Assembly (NCBI RefSeq): GCF_009834535.1
Contig: NC_045697.1
Span: 67,458,001 to 67,522,000, forward strand
Direction of reading: 5' to 3'
DNA: 64,000 bases
Origin: Camelus ferus
Taxonomy: Eukaryota
The translations under genes and the position numbers were made by a program. Below, in pieces: positions 49,513 to 63,455 of this stretch; position 1 is the stretch's first letter, and each line of letters begins with the position of its first letter. The notes under the pieces were generated by a model. That model saw only the letters and a program-made list of their open reading frames with translations. It searched no databases and was not told the DNA's origin.

Positions 49513-52500
49513 AAGACTTCAGATGACATGAAAAGAGCCTAGAAGTTTCACTCTTGTCTTTACAGCAAGAAAAAAGCTGAACAAACGAAAATAAACTACT
49601 TTTCTTGGACATATCAGAGAACTAAGGTTGCAGGGAAAACCACCATACCAAATCTGGAGAGCGGAAAAACCTAAACAATCACAGCAAAGGTCGGCTTTGT
49701 AAGATCTGGAGGAGAAGCTGCAAGCGCCATAGACTGAGAGGGACACTTAAATGGTAATTTTGATAGGTTACTAGAGCTGAAAGGTGGACAAGCATGAGAC
49801 TGGGAAACTATTGGATTGGGGGGAACTTAGGGGTAGGGATACCCAGTACTTTCAAAATTTGTGGGGCAGTGGACAGAATTTTCTCCAGGAGCCCACATTT
49901 CTCATGGTGAAGAGCCAAGGAAAATCTCCTACTTGCTCTAACAGATCCTACAGGGAAATGTAACATTTAAAAATATACCCAGGGTGCTCTCCATAACCAA
50001 GGACTACTTACCAGGGTAAAAGACTTTACCAGGCCTTACCTCACCCAAATGGAAGGGCATTTATTAAGTTCTAGCCCTCTCTAGACTTCTTGTATCATGC
50101 AAAGTGGTGGAATGGAGCTAAGAATCACTTGTCAGGACCCAGGGTCACAGGCACACTAAAAGGCTGAGACGTAGTCGTACGATTAGAAAATGTTTCTCCC
50201 TCCTAACACCTTACCACGATGTCAACAAGGTCCTGGTATAATAGCAGACTATAGCTGAAAGAGCTGCGAAATACAAGTTCTACTGGAGGAGTAAGAAAAC
50301 ACAAAGACAAAAGGAGAGGGGGGAGAAAGGACATTGGGGCATTAGAAAAATTTTAAAGCCTTGGGCACCCATAGCTAGAATAAACATTATAGAAGTCCAG
50401 CTTATAGGCAGATTAACATAAAATCTCACACTAAAGGACTTTTACCTAAGTTTCTGTTACCTTATAGATCACATCCAGATTTTAACAGATAGTTATAAGA
50501 TACTCTTAAAAAAAAAACCAAAAAACAAGATAAAACACAGTATGAAGAAGCAAAGCAAGCATCAGAACCAGACTCAGATATTACACAAATTTTGAAATCA
50601 TCAGACAAGGAATTTAAAATAACTATGATTGATGTGTTAAGGATTCTATGTTAATATTAATTAATTAAACCTAATAAATATGTTAGATTATATATATTAA
50701 GGAAAAGCAGACAGCATGTAAGAAGAGATGGATAATGTAAGCAGAGAGATGGAAACTCTAAGAAAAATCAGAATAAATCCTAGAAAAAAAATACTGTAAC
50801 AAAAATATAGGATGTCTGTGATGGGTTTATCAGTACACTAGGCACACCAAGGAAAGGCTAAGTAAGCTTAGAGACATCAAAAGGAACTTCCCAAAATGAA
50901 ATGCAAAGAGAACAGTGATAGATGTTTTTCAAAACAGAAGGAGGTTAGGACTTCAACCAATATTTTGGGATAGACACAATTCAACCCATAACACTTGGCT
51001 ATGAAATACCTGCATTACACATGAAGCGGTATAGTGCCATTTGAAGTTAGTATACATGAGTTGTAAATGTGTATTGCAAATTCTAAAGCTCAAAAACGTT
51101 TATTTAAAAGTGTATTTAAGTAGCTAAAAGAAGAAAGAGACTAATGATATGAAATGCTTATTTAAAACTAAGGAAAGCAGGAAAAGGAGAAAAAAAAAAG
51201 ATTAAGAGTAACAAACAGAAAACAGTTGCAAACGTTGTGCATACTAACCCAACTATATTGATAATCACTTTATATGTGAGTGATCTAAAACCACCAAAGC
51301 TAGCCAAAAGACAGAGATTGTCAGAGTGGGGAACCAAAAACAAAAAATAAGGCCCACCCATATATGATGAGTGAATACAAAAAATGGATAATTTAAAAGA
51401 TATACTATGTTAACACTAACTTCAAAAATAAAAGCTGGAGTAGTTATATTAATTTCAGATAAAGCAGATTTGAAACAAGATCAGGGATAAAGAAGGCCAT
51501 TATATAATAACAAAGAAGTCAAATCCTCAAGAAGACATAAAAATCTTTAACACATATGTACCTAACAACACAGGGGAAATATGTGAGGCAAAACTGATGG
51601 AATTATAAGGAGCAATAGACAAACCATATTGTAGCTAGAGACTTCAACACTCCTCTATCAGTAACTGCAGGATCAAGCAGGCAGAAAATCAGTAAGGATA
51701 TAGTTTACCTGAACAGTGCTATCAATCAACTTGATCTGATTAACATTTATAGATTATTCCATCCAACAAGAGCAGAATGCACATTCTTCTCAAGATCACA
51801 TGCGGCATTCAAAATTATAGACCACATTCTGCTCCATAAAAGTATTATAATAAGTTGGAAGGCATAAATATCATACAAGTGTGCTCTCAGAGCACAGCGG
51901 AATTAAATTAGAAATCTTTAGCAGAAAGACAACTAGAAAATCCTTAAATACTTAGAGATTAAACACATTTATAAATAACACTTTGGTCAAAGAAGTCACA
52001 AGAGAAATTAATTAAGTCTGAATTCTGGGAGGGTACGTTGCAATTGACTGTACTTCAATAAAAAAAATATTTTGAATTAAATAAAAATGAAAATACAACT
52101 TTTCAAGTTTGTGGACTGCAGCAAGCTATGATGACAAGGAAATCTGTAGCATTTAGTACATATATTAGAAGAGAAGAGAGTTCTAAAATCAATTATCTCT
52201 GTTCTACCTTTGGTAAAAATAGAGAAGAGAGAGAAAACTAAACATAAAGCAAGTAGGTGAAAAATAAGTAATTTAAATACAGAGCACAAATCAATGTAAG
52301 TAAAACCAGGAAAACAATTGAGAAAAGCATCAAAACCAAAAGCTGATTCTTTGAAGAGACTGATAAAATTGATAAACTTCTAGGCACTTTAACCAAGAAA
52401 CAGAGAGAAAAGAGACAAATTACCTATCTCATAAATGAAAGAACATAGACATTAAAAGGATAATAAAGACATACTCTGAATAACTCTATGCCAACAAATT

Positions 52501-53460
52501 TGATAAATTAGATGTAATGGGCCAACTCTTTGAAGACCCAAATTACAAAATTCTCACAAGAAGAAATATATAATCTGAATTGGCCTATATTTATTTGAGA
52601 AATTGAGTTAATAATTAATAACTTTACAAAATGATCAAGTGACAGGACCAGGTTTCACTGATGAATTCCACCAAACATTTAGGATGAAATGACAATTCTC
52701 TACAATCTTTTTCAGAAAATAGAAGCAGAGAGAACACTTCCTCATTCAGTTGATGTGACTAGCATTACCCTAATATCAAAAATTACTTAAAGGTAATACA
52801 AGAAAGGAAAACTACAGACTGATATCACTCATGAGCATAAATACAAAAATTCTTAACACAATATTACCAAATTGAATCCAATAACGCATAAAATTAGCTA
52901 TAGACCACAACCAAGTGAGATTTATTTGAGATATGCAAGACTGGTTCAACATTTGAAAGTCAAATAATGCAACTCACTACGTCAATAGGCTAAAAAAGAA
53001 AATCATGCAATTGTATCAACTGTTGCAGAAAAAAGTTGAAAAAATGAAACACCCATTCATGATAAACACTTAGCAAACTAGGAAAAGGGAAGACTTCCTA
53101 AAATTCATGGAAAAAATCTACAAAAAAAAAACCACGATAAAAAGACACAACTACCGTAATACTTAATGATGAAAAACTGGATGCTTTCCTCCTAAGATTA
53201 GGAACAAGGCAAAGATGTCCCCTATGCCCTCTTCTATTCAAGCCTGTACTGGAAGTCCTAGCTAGTGCATAAAAGAAGAGAAGGAAATAACCAATATTTA
53301 GATTAAGAAGGAAGAAATAAAACTGTCTTTGTTCACAGGTGACATGATTATCTATGTAGAAAATCTCAAATAATTGACAAAACAAAACAAAACAGAATTA
53401 ATAAGATATTATAGCAAGCTTTCAGGATGCAAGGTTAATATACAAGTCAACTGCCTTCTT
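49513..53460 (+). mobile_element. Old L1 (L1MC-type): 5' UTR, partial ORF1, ORF2 EN and RT, decayed
   Basis: A-rich sense L1 with EN motifs (agagacttcaacactcctctatca, atagaccacattctg) and RT region (ggaacaaggcaaagatgtcc, ttgttcacaggtgacatgattatctatgtagaaaatc). L1MC-like 3' UTR remnant at ~53860-54020. Confidence 0.85.
50935..50992 (-). mobile_element. MaLR LTR terminal remnant (MLT1B/C-like)
   Basis: ggttaggacttcaac...gacacaattcaacccataaca is an MLT1 terminus. Confidence 0.7.
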
Positions 53461-53850
53461 TCCTCACTCCGTACACAAAAATAAACTCAAAATGGCTTAA
53501 AGATTTAAACATAAGACTAGATACCATAAATCTCCTAGAAGAGAACATAGGCAAAAAATTCTCTGACATAAATTGCAGCAGTGTTTTCCTAGGGCAGTCT
53601 CCCAAGGCAATAGAAATAAAAGCAAAAATAAACAAATGGGAACTAATCAAACTTATAAGCTTTTGCATAGCAAATGTCAAGGGCTTAATTTCCAGAATAT
53701 ACAAACAGTTAATAAAACTCAATAACAAAATAGCAAACAGCCCAATCCAAAAATGGGCACAAGACTTAAATAGACAGTTCTCCAAAGGAGACACACAGAT
53801 GGCCAATAGGCACATGAAGAGATACTCAGCATCACTAATTATCAGAGAAA
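53461..53850 (+). mobile_element. Younger L1 internal ORF2 fragment (no 3' end)
   Basis: Near-clean [18 protein letters not shown]...[15 protein letters not shown], then [35 protein letters not shown]; visibly less decayed than the flanking L1. Confidence 0.8.
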
Positions 53851-54024
53851 CCCAAAAGACTTTACAAACATAAAGACTAAATCTTGATGTATTCAAATTT
53901 TTAAAACAATCATTTAGGAAGTGGGGTGGAGGGAGTCCCAGGATAGAAGGCAAAGTGTGACAAAACAATCTAACTCAAAAATCTATTACAAACGTATAAA
54001 ACAATCTTATTGAAGCATGGAGGG

Positions 54025-55620
54025 AAATTTATAGCATTAAATGCATATATTTGAAAAGAACAAAGGCTGAAAATCAGTTATCTTGTATTTCAAGAAGTAA
54101 TTAAAAAATAACAAGCTAAACATAAAAAGTAAAAAGAGGAAAAGAATACTAATTGAACTAATAGACACTTGGCAGGTTGTCCAGAGAAAGACTGAGAGAG
54201 TATGAGCACAAAAATGACTTATAAGAGGTAATACATAAGGACTGACAAAAGGAACATCACTACAGTTCCTACATATATTAAAAAAAAAATGTGAGGATAG
54301 TAAAAACTAACTTATACCAATAAATTTGAAAATTTAGGTAAAATGGGCAAGCTTCTATAAAAACAAATGAACAAAGGTGACAGAAGAGCAGAAGGAAAAG
54401 ATGAATAGTCATATCTACTCAGCAAATTAAATCCACTGTTATATTTAGATATATATGTATGTGTACACACATAATATCTGACCAGATTATGTTTATTTTA
54501 GGAATGCAAGTTTAAAATGTGAAAATCAGTAAATGCAATTCACCAGATTAAGTAACAAACCCATATGTATAACTTAAAAAGTTAAGAAAAAGTATTTGAT
54601 AGAAAGGATCCATGATAAAAATGAAGCAAAGTAGAAAAATAAGGAAACTTCCACAAAATCATAGGCAGAATTTTAAGTATGACCGTCAATGACACTGGCT
54701 CTTGTATAATACACTCCCTTTTGAATGTGGGTGGAATTTGTGAATTTGATGAGATGTCACTCCAGTGATTATGTGACATTATATGGCAAAAGAATGGGGA
54801 CTAATCTAATCACAAGGAGCCCTTTAAACAAAGTGTTCATCAGTTGGTAGCAGAAAGGGAAGTCAGGGAAAATCAAAGGTACTCTTGCTAGGAGCTGTGA
54901 TTAGCATTGAGGAAACAAACAAACAAACAAACAAAAAAAAGTGGGGCCTTGGTTTTTCAATCACAGTGAATTGAATTCTTCCAACAACCTGATTGAGCCT
55001 GGAAGTGGATTATTTCCCAGAGTCTCCAGTTAAGAGCTAACTTTGTCAACACCTTGATTTTGACCCTGTGAGACCCTAAGCAGAGAACCTAGGTGAAGCC
55101 CACTGGACTTCCGATCCACAGAACTGTGAGTTAGTAAGTTGAGGGGGCAGGCAGTTTAAGCCACTGGATTTGTGGTAACTTGTTAGGTGTCAATAGAAAA
55201 CAAATACATGTAGTCTGATAAACTGTGCTTCCCTCATACAAGCAAACAAAAAGCCCTACAGCATACATCACAATTAAAGATGAAATAGTTCTGATTTTGC
55301 AATTAGGGCCTAGACTGAAATGTCCATTATTACCACTTCTAAGTAATGTTTTTTCTGGCGGTCCTAGCCAGTATAATAAAGCAAGTTATCTTCAACTTAA
55401 ATAAATTGGTAGGGAAATAATAAAGCATCGTTTTTCATAGATAAGATGAATTTGAACACAGAACCAACAATTAAAATTAATACATGTACTTAGCATGCTC
55501 ACTGAATTCAAGGACATTGTATAAAAATTAATTCTATTTCTATATACTATGTACTAGCAATAAGCAATCAGAAAATGGATAAAAAATACCATTTGCAATA
55601 GCTTCTCAGACATCAAAGAT
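54025..55620 (+). mobile_element. Ancient L1 ORF2 fragment interrupted by a MaLR LTR
   Basis: aaatttatagcattaaatgcatatatttgaaaagaa...ataccaataaatttgaaaatttag...aataccatttgcaatagc. Confidence 0.7.
54660..55208 (+). mobile_element. MaLR solo LTR (MLT1E/F-like)
   Basis: ggcagaattttaag...ccttttgaatgtgggtgg...tgaattcttccaacaacctgattgagcctggaagtggat...tttaagccactggatttgtggtaacttgtta...atagaaaacaaataca. Confidence 0.85.
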
Positions 55621-55933
55621 TTATTATATTCTGGGAGAAGTCTACTTTAAACTGTACCTTCTCTCAAAGAATGGCATTTAGAATATTGCAGAATTTTCCC
55701 AAAGGTTAGAAATTTACAATCTTGGCATCCTCAGTTATCTAGGTCTTAATTGAAGCATCTGTCTTTCTTGTGTATTTAAAACCTTTGGCTTTCCATTTCA
55801 CATTTGAACCCTGTATTTCTGGCACCTAATAGGTAAATGAGCATGGGTAAATTACAAGGTTTTGTGAGCAGGCTTTTTTTAAAGCCTGTGAACAGTGATT
55901 GCCACCAATGCCTCTTGTGGATTGCTTGATTCC

Positions 55934-56092
55934 TTGTTTCTCAAGTCTGGCTGTGGTTTAGAATCACTAAGGAACTGGTGCAGAAATCCTGGTGTTCAGG
56001 TTCTACCTACCCTCTGGCTTTGGGTCCAGGCATAGATATGTTTTAAAAGTTTCCTATGGGATTCTAATCCACCTCCGGGGTTGAGAATTGCT
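55934..56092. mobile_element. MER5-like hAT MITE
   Basis: tttctcaagtctggctgtggtttagaatcac...gattctaat...gggttgagaa. Confidence 0.65.
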
Positions 56093-56109
56093 TGCTTATG
56101 CCTATAAAA

Positions 56110-56290
56110 CAGTAGTTCTCAATGTTCACTGCACAATAGAATCACCTGGAGAGCTTTTACAAAACACTGATGACTGAAGCCCTACCCCAAATTAATTAAA
56201 TTAGAACCTCTGGCGGGATGTCTGGGACAGTACTGGCTTTAAAAATCTCCTCAGGTAATTCCAGCGGGCTGTCAGGATTGAGACCTACTA
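56110..56290. mobile_element. MER5A-like hAT MITE
   Basis: cagtagttctcaa...gcacaatagaatcacctggagagctttt...caggtaattc...ggattgagacctact. Confidence 0.8.
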
Positions 56291-57592
56291 ATGTAAAACG
56301 TGCCTTTTAGGGAAGCATTTTCACTCAGCATCACTGTTGTTTCCCCTGGAGAATCACCCTCTTCAGGTTTCTCACATAACTGAGGCTGTTGATGTTTCTA
56401 GAAACTAGCAAAGTCCCATTTCACTGGTGTTCGTTCCTCAAGACATGGCTTTCCACAAATTTTGAACATTCTACATTTTTGTTAACATTTCTTTCTATTT
56501 TCCTGAAGTGATGGGATGGATATATTGTTCCATTTAACTCTACTATTCCTATATGTGCATTTCAAGAAGATTCAGTAGTTTTTAATATTTCTTGACCTGC
56601 TCCTTAAATTGACCTTTCTCTTTCCTCTATTACATGCAGGGGTAGTACATTTTGCTGGTATTGCGTGCCTTCTTTTTTCTTTGCTTTATGACCCAGATGA
56701 TCGATTTTTTCTAATATAGTTCTCTAAATTTTATTTTGTATTCTTGTTTAATGAGAAAAGGGGGTACTAAGGAGTTTGGATCTGACAAAAGCATTCATAG
56801 TTTAGTCACATCTTGTGCTCCTTTCTTTTCAATTGAATAATCCCACAGATGAGATATTCTGCCATCAGAAACATTCAACCTCAAGCTGGATATAATCTAT
56901 CCTTGTCCTCCCTGGCTCTCTTGTCCTATATCTCTTCTTTTCTATATCGTGCCTCAAGGTCTTCATTCCAGAAAATTTTAAGGTAGAATAATTATCCATA
57001 CCCTCAATTTACTATGGTTGTATTACTTTGAAACTCAAATAATAATACTTTTTTGTTGTTGTTTTTCTTTTCCTTCTTCACTGATTTTCCTGATAGTCCC
57101 ATTTAAAATCTTGCCAGGTTTTCTGCAGCTACTTTATAGAGACAAACTACTTGTAGTCCCTCAATTTGTCTGACACTAAATTCTCTTTTTGTGTCTAAGG
57201 CTGCCTGTGAATATTTTCTTAGATCCTGGCACATTCTGGAAGATTCTTTCTGATTTGGCTTTTCTTTTGTTGAATTTTTCTGGGTCCCTGTCAATATCAC
57301 TGGTTGAATAGAAACTAGACTCCTCTGTCCCTTGTCAATATCTTATTTTAAGTGGAGCAAGAACTGAATATGCCTTTTATTTTTCTATTTATCTATCTTG
57401 GCCTTAAAGTTATAAATTTCCTTTTCATGCTGTCTTAAGTTTTCATCCTAGTAAGTGAACTTTTCTTCTAAGGAAATTTCCCTCTCTACCTTGAGCCTAA
57501 CAACTGGCTTCCCTTTATTTGGTTTTCATCCTTCTATCACTTTGGTCTGAAAGCAAAGCTGAGCAATATTTTACCACCTTATACAAACATAC

Positions 57593-57845
57593 TTCATTTT
57601 TAAGACAAGTTTCAAATTCACAGAAAAATTGAATAGAGTGTAAAAGATTTCCCATATACCCTCTGCTCTATCATGTGAATAGCCTTCTCCATAATCAGCT
57701 CCCTCACCGAAGAAGGTGCATTGTTACAGTTGATGGGCCTGTGTTGACACATCGTTATCACCTAGAATCCATAGTTGGTTTATTTTAGAATTTGCTCTTG
57801 GTGTTTCACATTCTATTTGTTTGAACAGATTTATAATGACGTGTC
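57593..57845 (-). mobile_element. L1MC1/2-like 3' end
   Basis: ttcacagaaaaattgaatagag...atttcccatataccctctgc...gttgacacatcgttatcacc...ctcttggtgtttcacattctat. Confidence 0.75.
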
Positions 57846-57847
57846 TT

Positions 57848-58140
57848 GGGGAATAGGAGAGGGAGAGAGATGGGTGGATGGCTGGTTGGTGGAGTAGTCA
57901 GAACACACACAACATTTTCTCACTAAGTTCACCTTCTTACATGGGTGTGGCTCGTGGTGCCCCCAAACAATGACTAAATTACCAAAGTTTGACGCAGACA
58001 CAAAGTAAGCAAATACTATTGGAGAAATGATGCCAATAGAATTGCTTGATGCAGGGTTGCCACAAACCTGAGATTTGTAAAAAACAGAATATTGGTGAAT
58101 TGGAATAAACTGAAAGGGAATAAAATGAGGTATGCACGTA
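57848..58140 (-). mobile_element. Tigger1 (TcMar) 5' terminal fragment
   Basis: ttgcttgatgcagggttgccacaaacct...tttgtaaaaaac...aataaaatgaggtatgc is the reverse complement of the Tigger1 left end. Confidence 0.85.
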
Positions 58141-59929
58141 TCAGGCTAAAAACTCAGGAAAAACAGAAAATTTGTGTTTCGTCTCCTAATTTCTAAGAGG
58201 TCAATATAAAAAAATGACTTCTTCCTTAATTCATTCCTTGCCCCACACCTGCTTAGCAAATGTTAGGCCAACTCAGTTTGAGTAAAAGCTGTAGAACCTT
58301 TTCTTTAGACCCTGTATCATCTAAAACTTGAATTTGTACTTATTCTGACCAATCTGCCTTTGTAAGTCTGGTGAGGTGTGCAATAGCTGAATTTATCTTG
58401 TTGATACCCTTGAGATCTCTTGGAATTTGCTAAACCCCAGCATGCTTGCATACAGCTAACTACGCAAGGGGGCTTTAAACCAGCCCCTAGCCAGTAGAAC
58501 AGGCTAGAGATTGATCAATAGAAAATATCCCAGAACACCTAGGGTGTAAGATGGTTATTTCTAGGACACAGAAGTTAGTACTGAACTGTAATTAACTAGT
58601 GGACCAAGCCAGGGTTTTTCAAAAAAAAAAATGAAAGAAAGAAAGAAAACATAAGTGACCTATCACTTAAAATCAAGACATCAAATTTAGTAATCAGCTT
58701 TAAAAAACATCTACATGGAATAATTTAAACTGAAAATAACCAAATTTTAATTAGAATTTGAGTGTTATTGTGCTCCCCAAATTCGACTTCTTTACCAAAT
58801 CTCAGTTTTAAACCCAGTATACCAGATCCTTTCATTTTCCTGATGTGAAATTACCTCTACATCCCCTACCCCTCTGCTTCCTGCAGGGAAGGGCCTAAAC
58901 TTGTAGAATGTAAGGAAGAAAGTGGAACACATGCTCTCTGATTTCAGTTGGTGTCTAAGAGAAGGAATCAGAAGGGAACTACACTAGACAAGTCCATATT
59001 CTCTCCCAAACTCACGTCTTCCCTGGAGGAAGAGGGAGGAGGGAGAAAAGAGTGTCCAGGCATTTGCTATGATGATGAAAGCCCCTCTACAGGGAGGACA
59101 CAGAGAACTAGAGAAGGAGAGTTTATTCTCTGCATCATACTCTTCCTCAAAACAAAACAAAATAAAACATGACAACAAGCTAAAAGAAAACCTGGAAGTT
59201 CCCTAGGAATTTTGTTTCACATGGTTATTGATTAAATTGCCAGGTTAAAGTTATCCACTAAGAGATTTTGACCAAAAAAGGAGAGTAAATTAAAAATAAA
59301 TATGTAGATATATCTGAGACCAGCTCGTATCAGGAGAACCTGTTTCTCTGAAAATGTTATGTCTCTCTCTCTCTCTGTTTTTTTTTTTTTTTTTTTTTTA
59401 AGCTGAAAGATGCTTCTCCTGAGATTAGAAAATTCAGTTTAGACTGCAAGTAGAACCAGGGAGGCCTAACAAGAAGGAATATGGTTCCCAGACTAAAGTT
59501 TTATAAGTGAGAAATAACAGTACAGAATCTTTGGAGAAGTTTATACAATTCTTTAAAATAGTGATAACCAGAGAATTTTGTCCTCTGACAGGTTTTATTT
59601 TCACACCTCTGAGTAGGTGTAATTATTTTTTAGTTCAGCTGCTTCCATTTTCTTACTGATTCACCGATGTTTGAGAGACTCTGCTGTCTAGTCTGTGTGG
59701 GTGCTGAGGAGCACAGTAGTTCTATGTTATCTCTTAAAATTTATCCCTTGTAATCAATAAGCACCTGGATTTTATTGCTTTATTTTTAATAAGTTTGAAA
59801 AGGAAAGAAAAATGAGGACTCATTCAGGAGAACTCCATAAGCTTAAAAGGGAAGATTAGGCATAATATTTAGACTGTGGGCTTCCTTTGGAGTAGAGCTG
59901 ATGGAAAAGAACAAAGTTTGAATGCAGAG

Positions 59930-62900
59930 GTAAGAGAAAAGAGATCCAAGCAAATGTAAACAAATTGAAAGCAAAATATGGCACTACTAACATAAGACAA
60001 CAGAAATTCAAGGACAACATCATTAAATAGGACAAAGCTTTTATATATACAATGATTAAAGGTACAAGCTGAGAATGATCAATAGTTATATAACTTTATG
60101 CACCAAACAATGTACCAAATTGATAAACCCCTAAGAACACAGAGAAGACTATATTAAAGATGTAATTTATAGTGGGTGATATTAATATAATGCCTCTTTC
60201 AGAATTGGACAGATCAAGTTGACAAAAAGAGCTAGGAGAATTATATAATCAATAATTTTGTTTTTATAGATATACATAAATGTTTATATTCTAGAAAGTG
60301 GATTTGCTTTTGTTTTGGGACATATAACAAAAGTTGATTACATATATGTGTATATATATATATATATATTTGCCAGAAAAAAAAAAAAATCTTACAAGCA
60401 AAAGAGATTATCTTGTGAAAATCTGTGGAGTACATTTGGAATAAAAGGGATATTTCTTAGTAAAATAAACAGAAATTGATGCAAGAAAAGGAAGAAACTG
60501 TGAAAGAATGATAACCATGGGAAGGATTAGAAGATAAAGAGAAACAAGGTTTTAAAGCCAAATTTTATGTAAGTCTTTAAAAACAATATTCTATATGTTT
60601 TATAAGTAGTCCAGGTTATTGAAAAATATAGAAAATCCCTTAATTTATATAAGAATTCCTAGATAAACTTAATACCAAAGTATGATAGATTATGTATAAA
60701 ACTCTTAATAAAGGTGTAACAAATATTTTTTATAAAACAAGAGCAAAGCAAATCTAGACATATATTAACAAAACTAAGACACAGTGACCAAGTATGAAAT
60801 GCAAGTATAGTTCACCACTATGTAGAATATCAGAATATCTCACAACATCAATGTGTCAAAGAAGAAAAAAAATATATGAGTGTATTAATAGTTGCTGAGA
60901 AGACATTGGTAAAATTCAACTACCATTTCTTTTATTTTTTAATTTATTTTTATTTTAAAAAAAGTTTTACAGTTTTTAAAGGTTACTTTCCATTCACAGT
61001 TATTACAAAATATTGATTATATTCTCCATGTTGTACAATACATCCTTGAGCCTTTCTTACACTCAATAGTTAGTTTCACCTCGCACTCTCTCACCCCTAT
61101 ATTACCCTCCTCTCCCCACTGGTAACCGCTACTTTGTTCTCTATATCTGTGAATCAGCTTCTCATTTGTTGTAATCACTAGTTTGTTATATTTTTTTAGA
61201 TTCCACATATAAGTGACATGTACAGTATTTGTCTTTCTCTGTCTGACTTATTTCACTAAACATAATGCCCTCCAAGTCCATCCATGTTGCTTCAAATGGC
61301 AAAATTTCATTCTTTTTATGGTTGAGTAGTATTCCATTGCAAACCATATCGTCTTTATCCATTCATCTGTTGATGGACACTAAGTTTGCTACCATATCTT
61401 GGCAATTATAAATAATGCTGCTATAAACATTGGGGTGCATGCATCTTTTCAAATTAGTGTTTTTGTTTTGTTTTGTTTTGTTTTTCATATATACCTAGGA
61501 GTGGAATTGCTGGGTCATATGGTAGTTCTATTACTAGTTTTTTGAGAAACCTCCATACTGTTTTCTACAGTGGCTGCACCATTTTCCATTTCCACCAACA
61601 GTGAGGAGGGTTCCTTTTTCTTCACATCCTCGCCAACATTGGTTATTTGTGTCCTTTTTGATGATAGCCATTCTAACAGGTATGAGGTGATATCTCATTT
61701 TGGTTTTGATTTGCATTTCCCTGATAATTAACAATATTGGGCATCTTTTCATGTGCCTGTTGGCCATCTGCATTTCCTCTTTGGAAAAGTGTCTATTAAG
61801 TTCTTCTGCCCATTTTTAAATCAGATTGTTTGTTTTTTTGATGTTGAGTTGTATGAGTTGCTTATATCTATTGGATATTAATCTCTCATAGGTCATATCA
61901 TTTTCAAATATTTTCTCCCATTCAGTAGGTTGCCTTTTCATTTTGTCTTTTTCTTTGTCAACTATCACTTCTAACTGAAGCTCCACATAAAGAAGAAATA
62001 GAAGAAAACTACTTGAAATTTTTCTAACAAAAACTAAGAGCAAATATATTAAATTGTAAAATGCTGAAATTACTTCAGTTAAAATTAAGAATACGACAGT
62101 AACATCCTTATGACTAATATAGTTCATCATTGTAATGAAGGTCTTATTTAACAGAAAAATAAAAATTAAATAAATTGTATAAATATTGGACAGAGAATAT
62201 AATTTTATTCCAAATTATATAATTACTTGATTCCACCAAGACCCTACTAAAATATTTTAGAATTAGGATAAATCTGTTTCCTTTATAAAAAATACATGTA
62301 TTTTTATATGCACAAAGATCAGTAGCTATTTTGTATACTAGCATTAATCACTCAGATATAGAAACAAAAATGATTTTCATTCACAATAGTTTTTAAAAGT
62401 ATTTGGATTAAGTGAACTATAAAATCATAGAAATTATAAATTCCCATAGCAGGAATTAAGTAGAATTTCCACAATGGAGAGACAGAACATATCTCTAGAA
62501 AGGTAATGTCTTAAAGTTGTGAAAACTTCATAAATTGTTATAGAGTTAATATAATTCCGATCAGTATTCTGGTGGTATATTTCAGACTTGAACATCTAAG
62601 TTGCTGTAATAACCAAGAATAATTAGAAAATGTATAGTGGCAGTGATTTACAAAATACTATTACTTACTATACAGGTACTCTATTACAAATAGTATATTG
62701 GAACAAAATAACTTCCATTAGTAGAGTCAACACCGTGGGAACTTAGGGCATTATTTTCATTTGATGGGAGTGAATGATTTCTGGTTACAACAGTGTCAGA
62801 CTTCATGTCTACAATAAAGACATAAAGAAATACATAAAATATGACAAGAGGAAACTAAGAAGACATAGTTCTTCTCAAAACCAAATAAATATCTCTATCT
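59930..62900 (+). mobile_element. Ancient L1 ORF2 (EN to RT), interrupted by a younger antisense L1
   Basis: actttatgcaccaaacaat, gtgggtgatattaatata, gttgctgagaagacattggtaaaattcaac; continues after 61972. Confidence 0.65.
60931..61957 (-). mobile_element. 5'-truncated L1 (~1 kb: ORF2 C-terminus plus 3' UTR)
   Basis: Minus-strand peptides MKRQPTEWEKIFEN and [40 protein letters not shown]-rich tail at left; TSD TCAACTACCATTTCT (60916-60930) / TCAACTATCACTTCT (61958-61972). Confidence 0.92.
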
Positions 62901-62921
62901 ATTAGAAACTGGGAAAAAAAT

Positions 62922-63455
62922 TCCTGTTTATCAATATGGCAGCTGGCAGAGGAGGTGGGAAGTTTCTAATGGGAGCACCTGTTGCTTTGTGCAGAAGAAG
63001 CTTCTGCCATACTGTCCACCACAGTGTGTGTGCTAGTTCTTATTAAAATACCTCTGTAGGCACAGGGATCCAGAGGGACTGTAGAGTCAACATCCTCAGG
63101 TGCATCCTGCCAGATGTGTCCATTCCTATTTCCAGGATTCCAGGGTCTTTCCTAGCAGGATAGAGACCTGCTTTGGTTGAGATTTCATCTGCGGAGCTTT
63201 GAAGCTCTCAAAATTAGACCGTCAGGCCACCTTTCATTACGTCCACCTTTCGACTAAGGTGATGAAGGTCTCTTTATAAGCTACCACGTGGGCTTTCTGC
63301 TTTTCAAACTTAACAGTTAACTGCTAGTTAGAAACTCTCATTGTCTCCTTTTCCTTGCAGAGCATCAACACAACCTCGTGGTAACTGGGCAACTCTACTG
63401 TCTTGGTCAGCATTGTTCTCACTGTATTTTCCTGCTTAGACAGCGTTCTCTTGTT
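62922..63455 (-). mobile_element. ERVL-class gag, N-terminal part, inverted and decayed
   Basis: Minus strand with frameshifts: VDAL-KEKETMRVSN*QLTVKFEKQKAHVVAYKETFIT...NPGNRNGHIWQDAPEDVDSTVPLDP...AEASSAQSNRCS, resembling the ERVL (HERV16/ERV3-16A3-type) gag coiled-coil and WDP..W.GDIW region. Confidence 0.8.

Noticed and set aside
53447..53968. Longest ORF in the track (173 aa, hydrophobic)
   Set aside because: Antisense reading of L1 ORF2, a common spurious ORF class.
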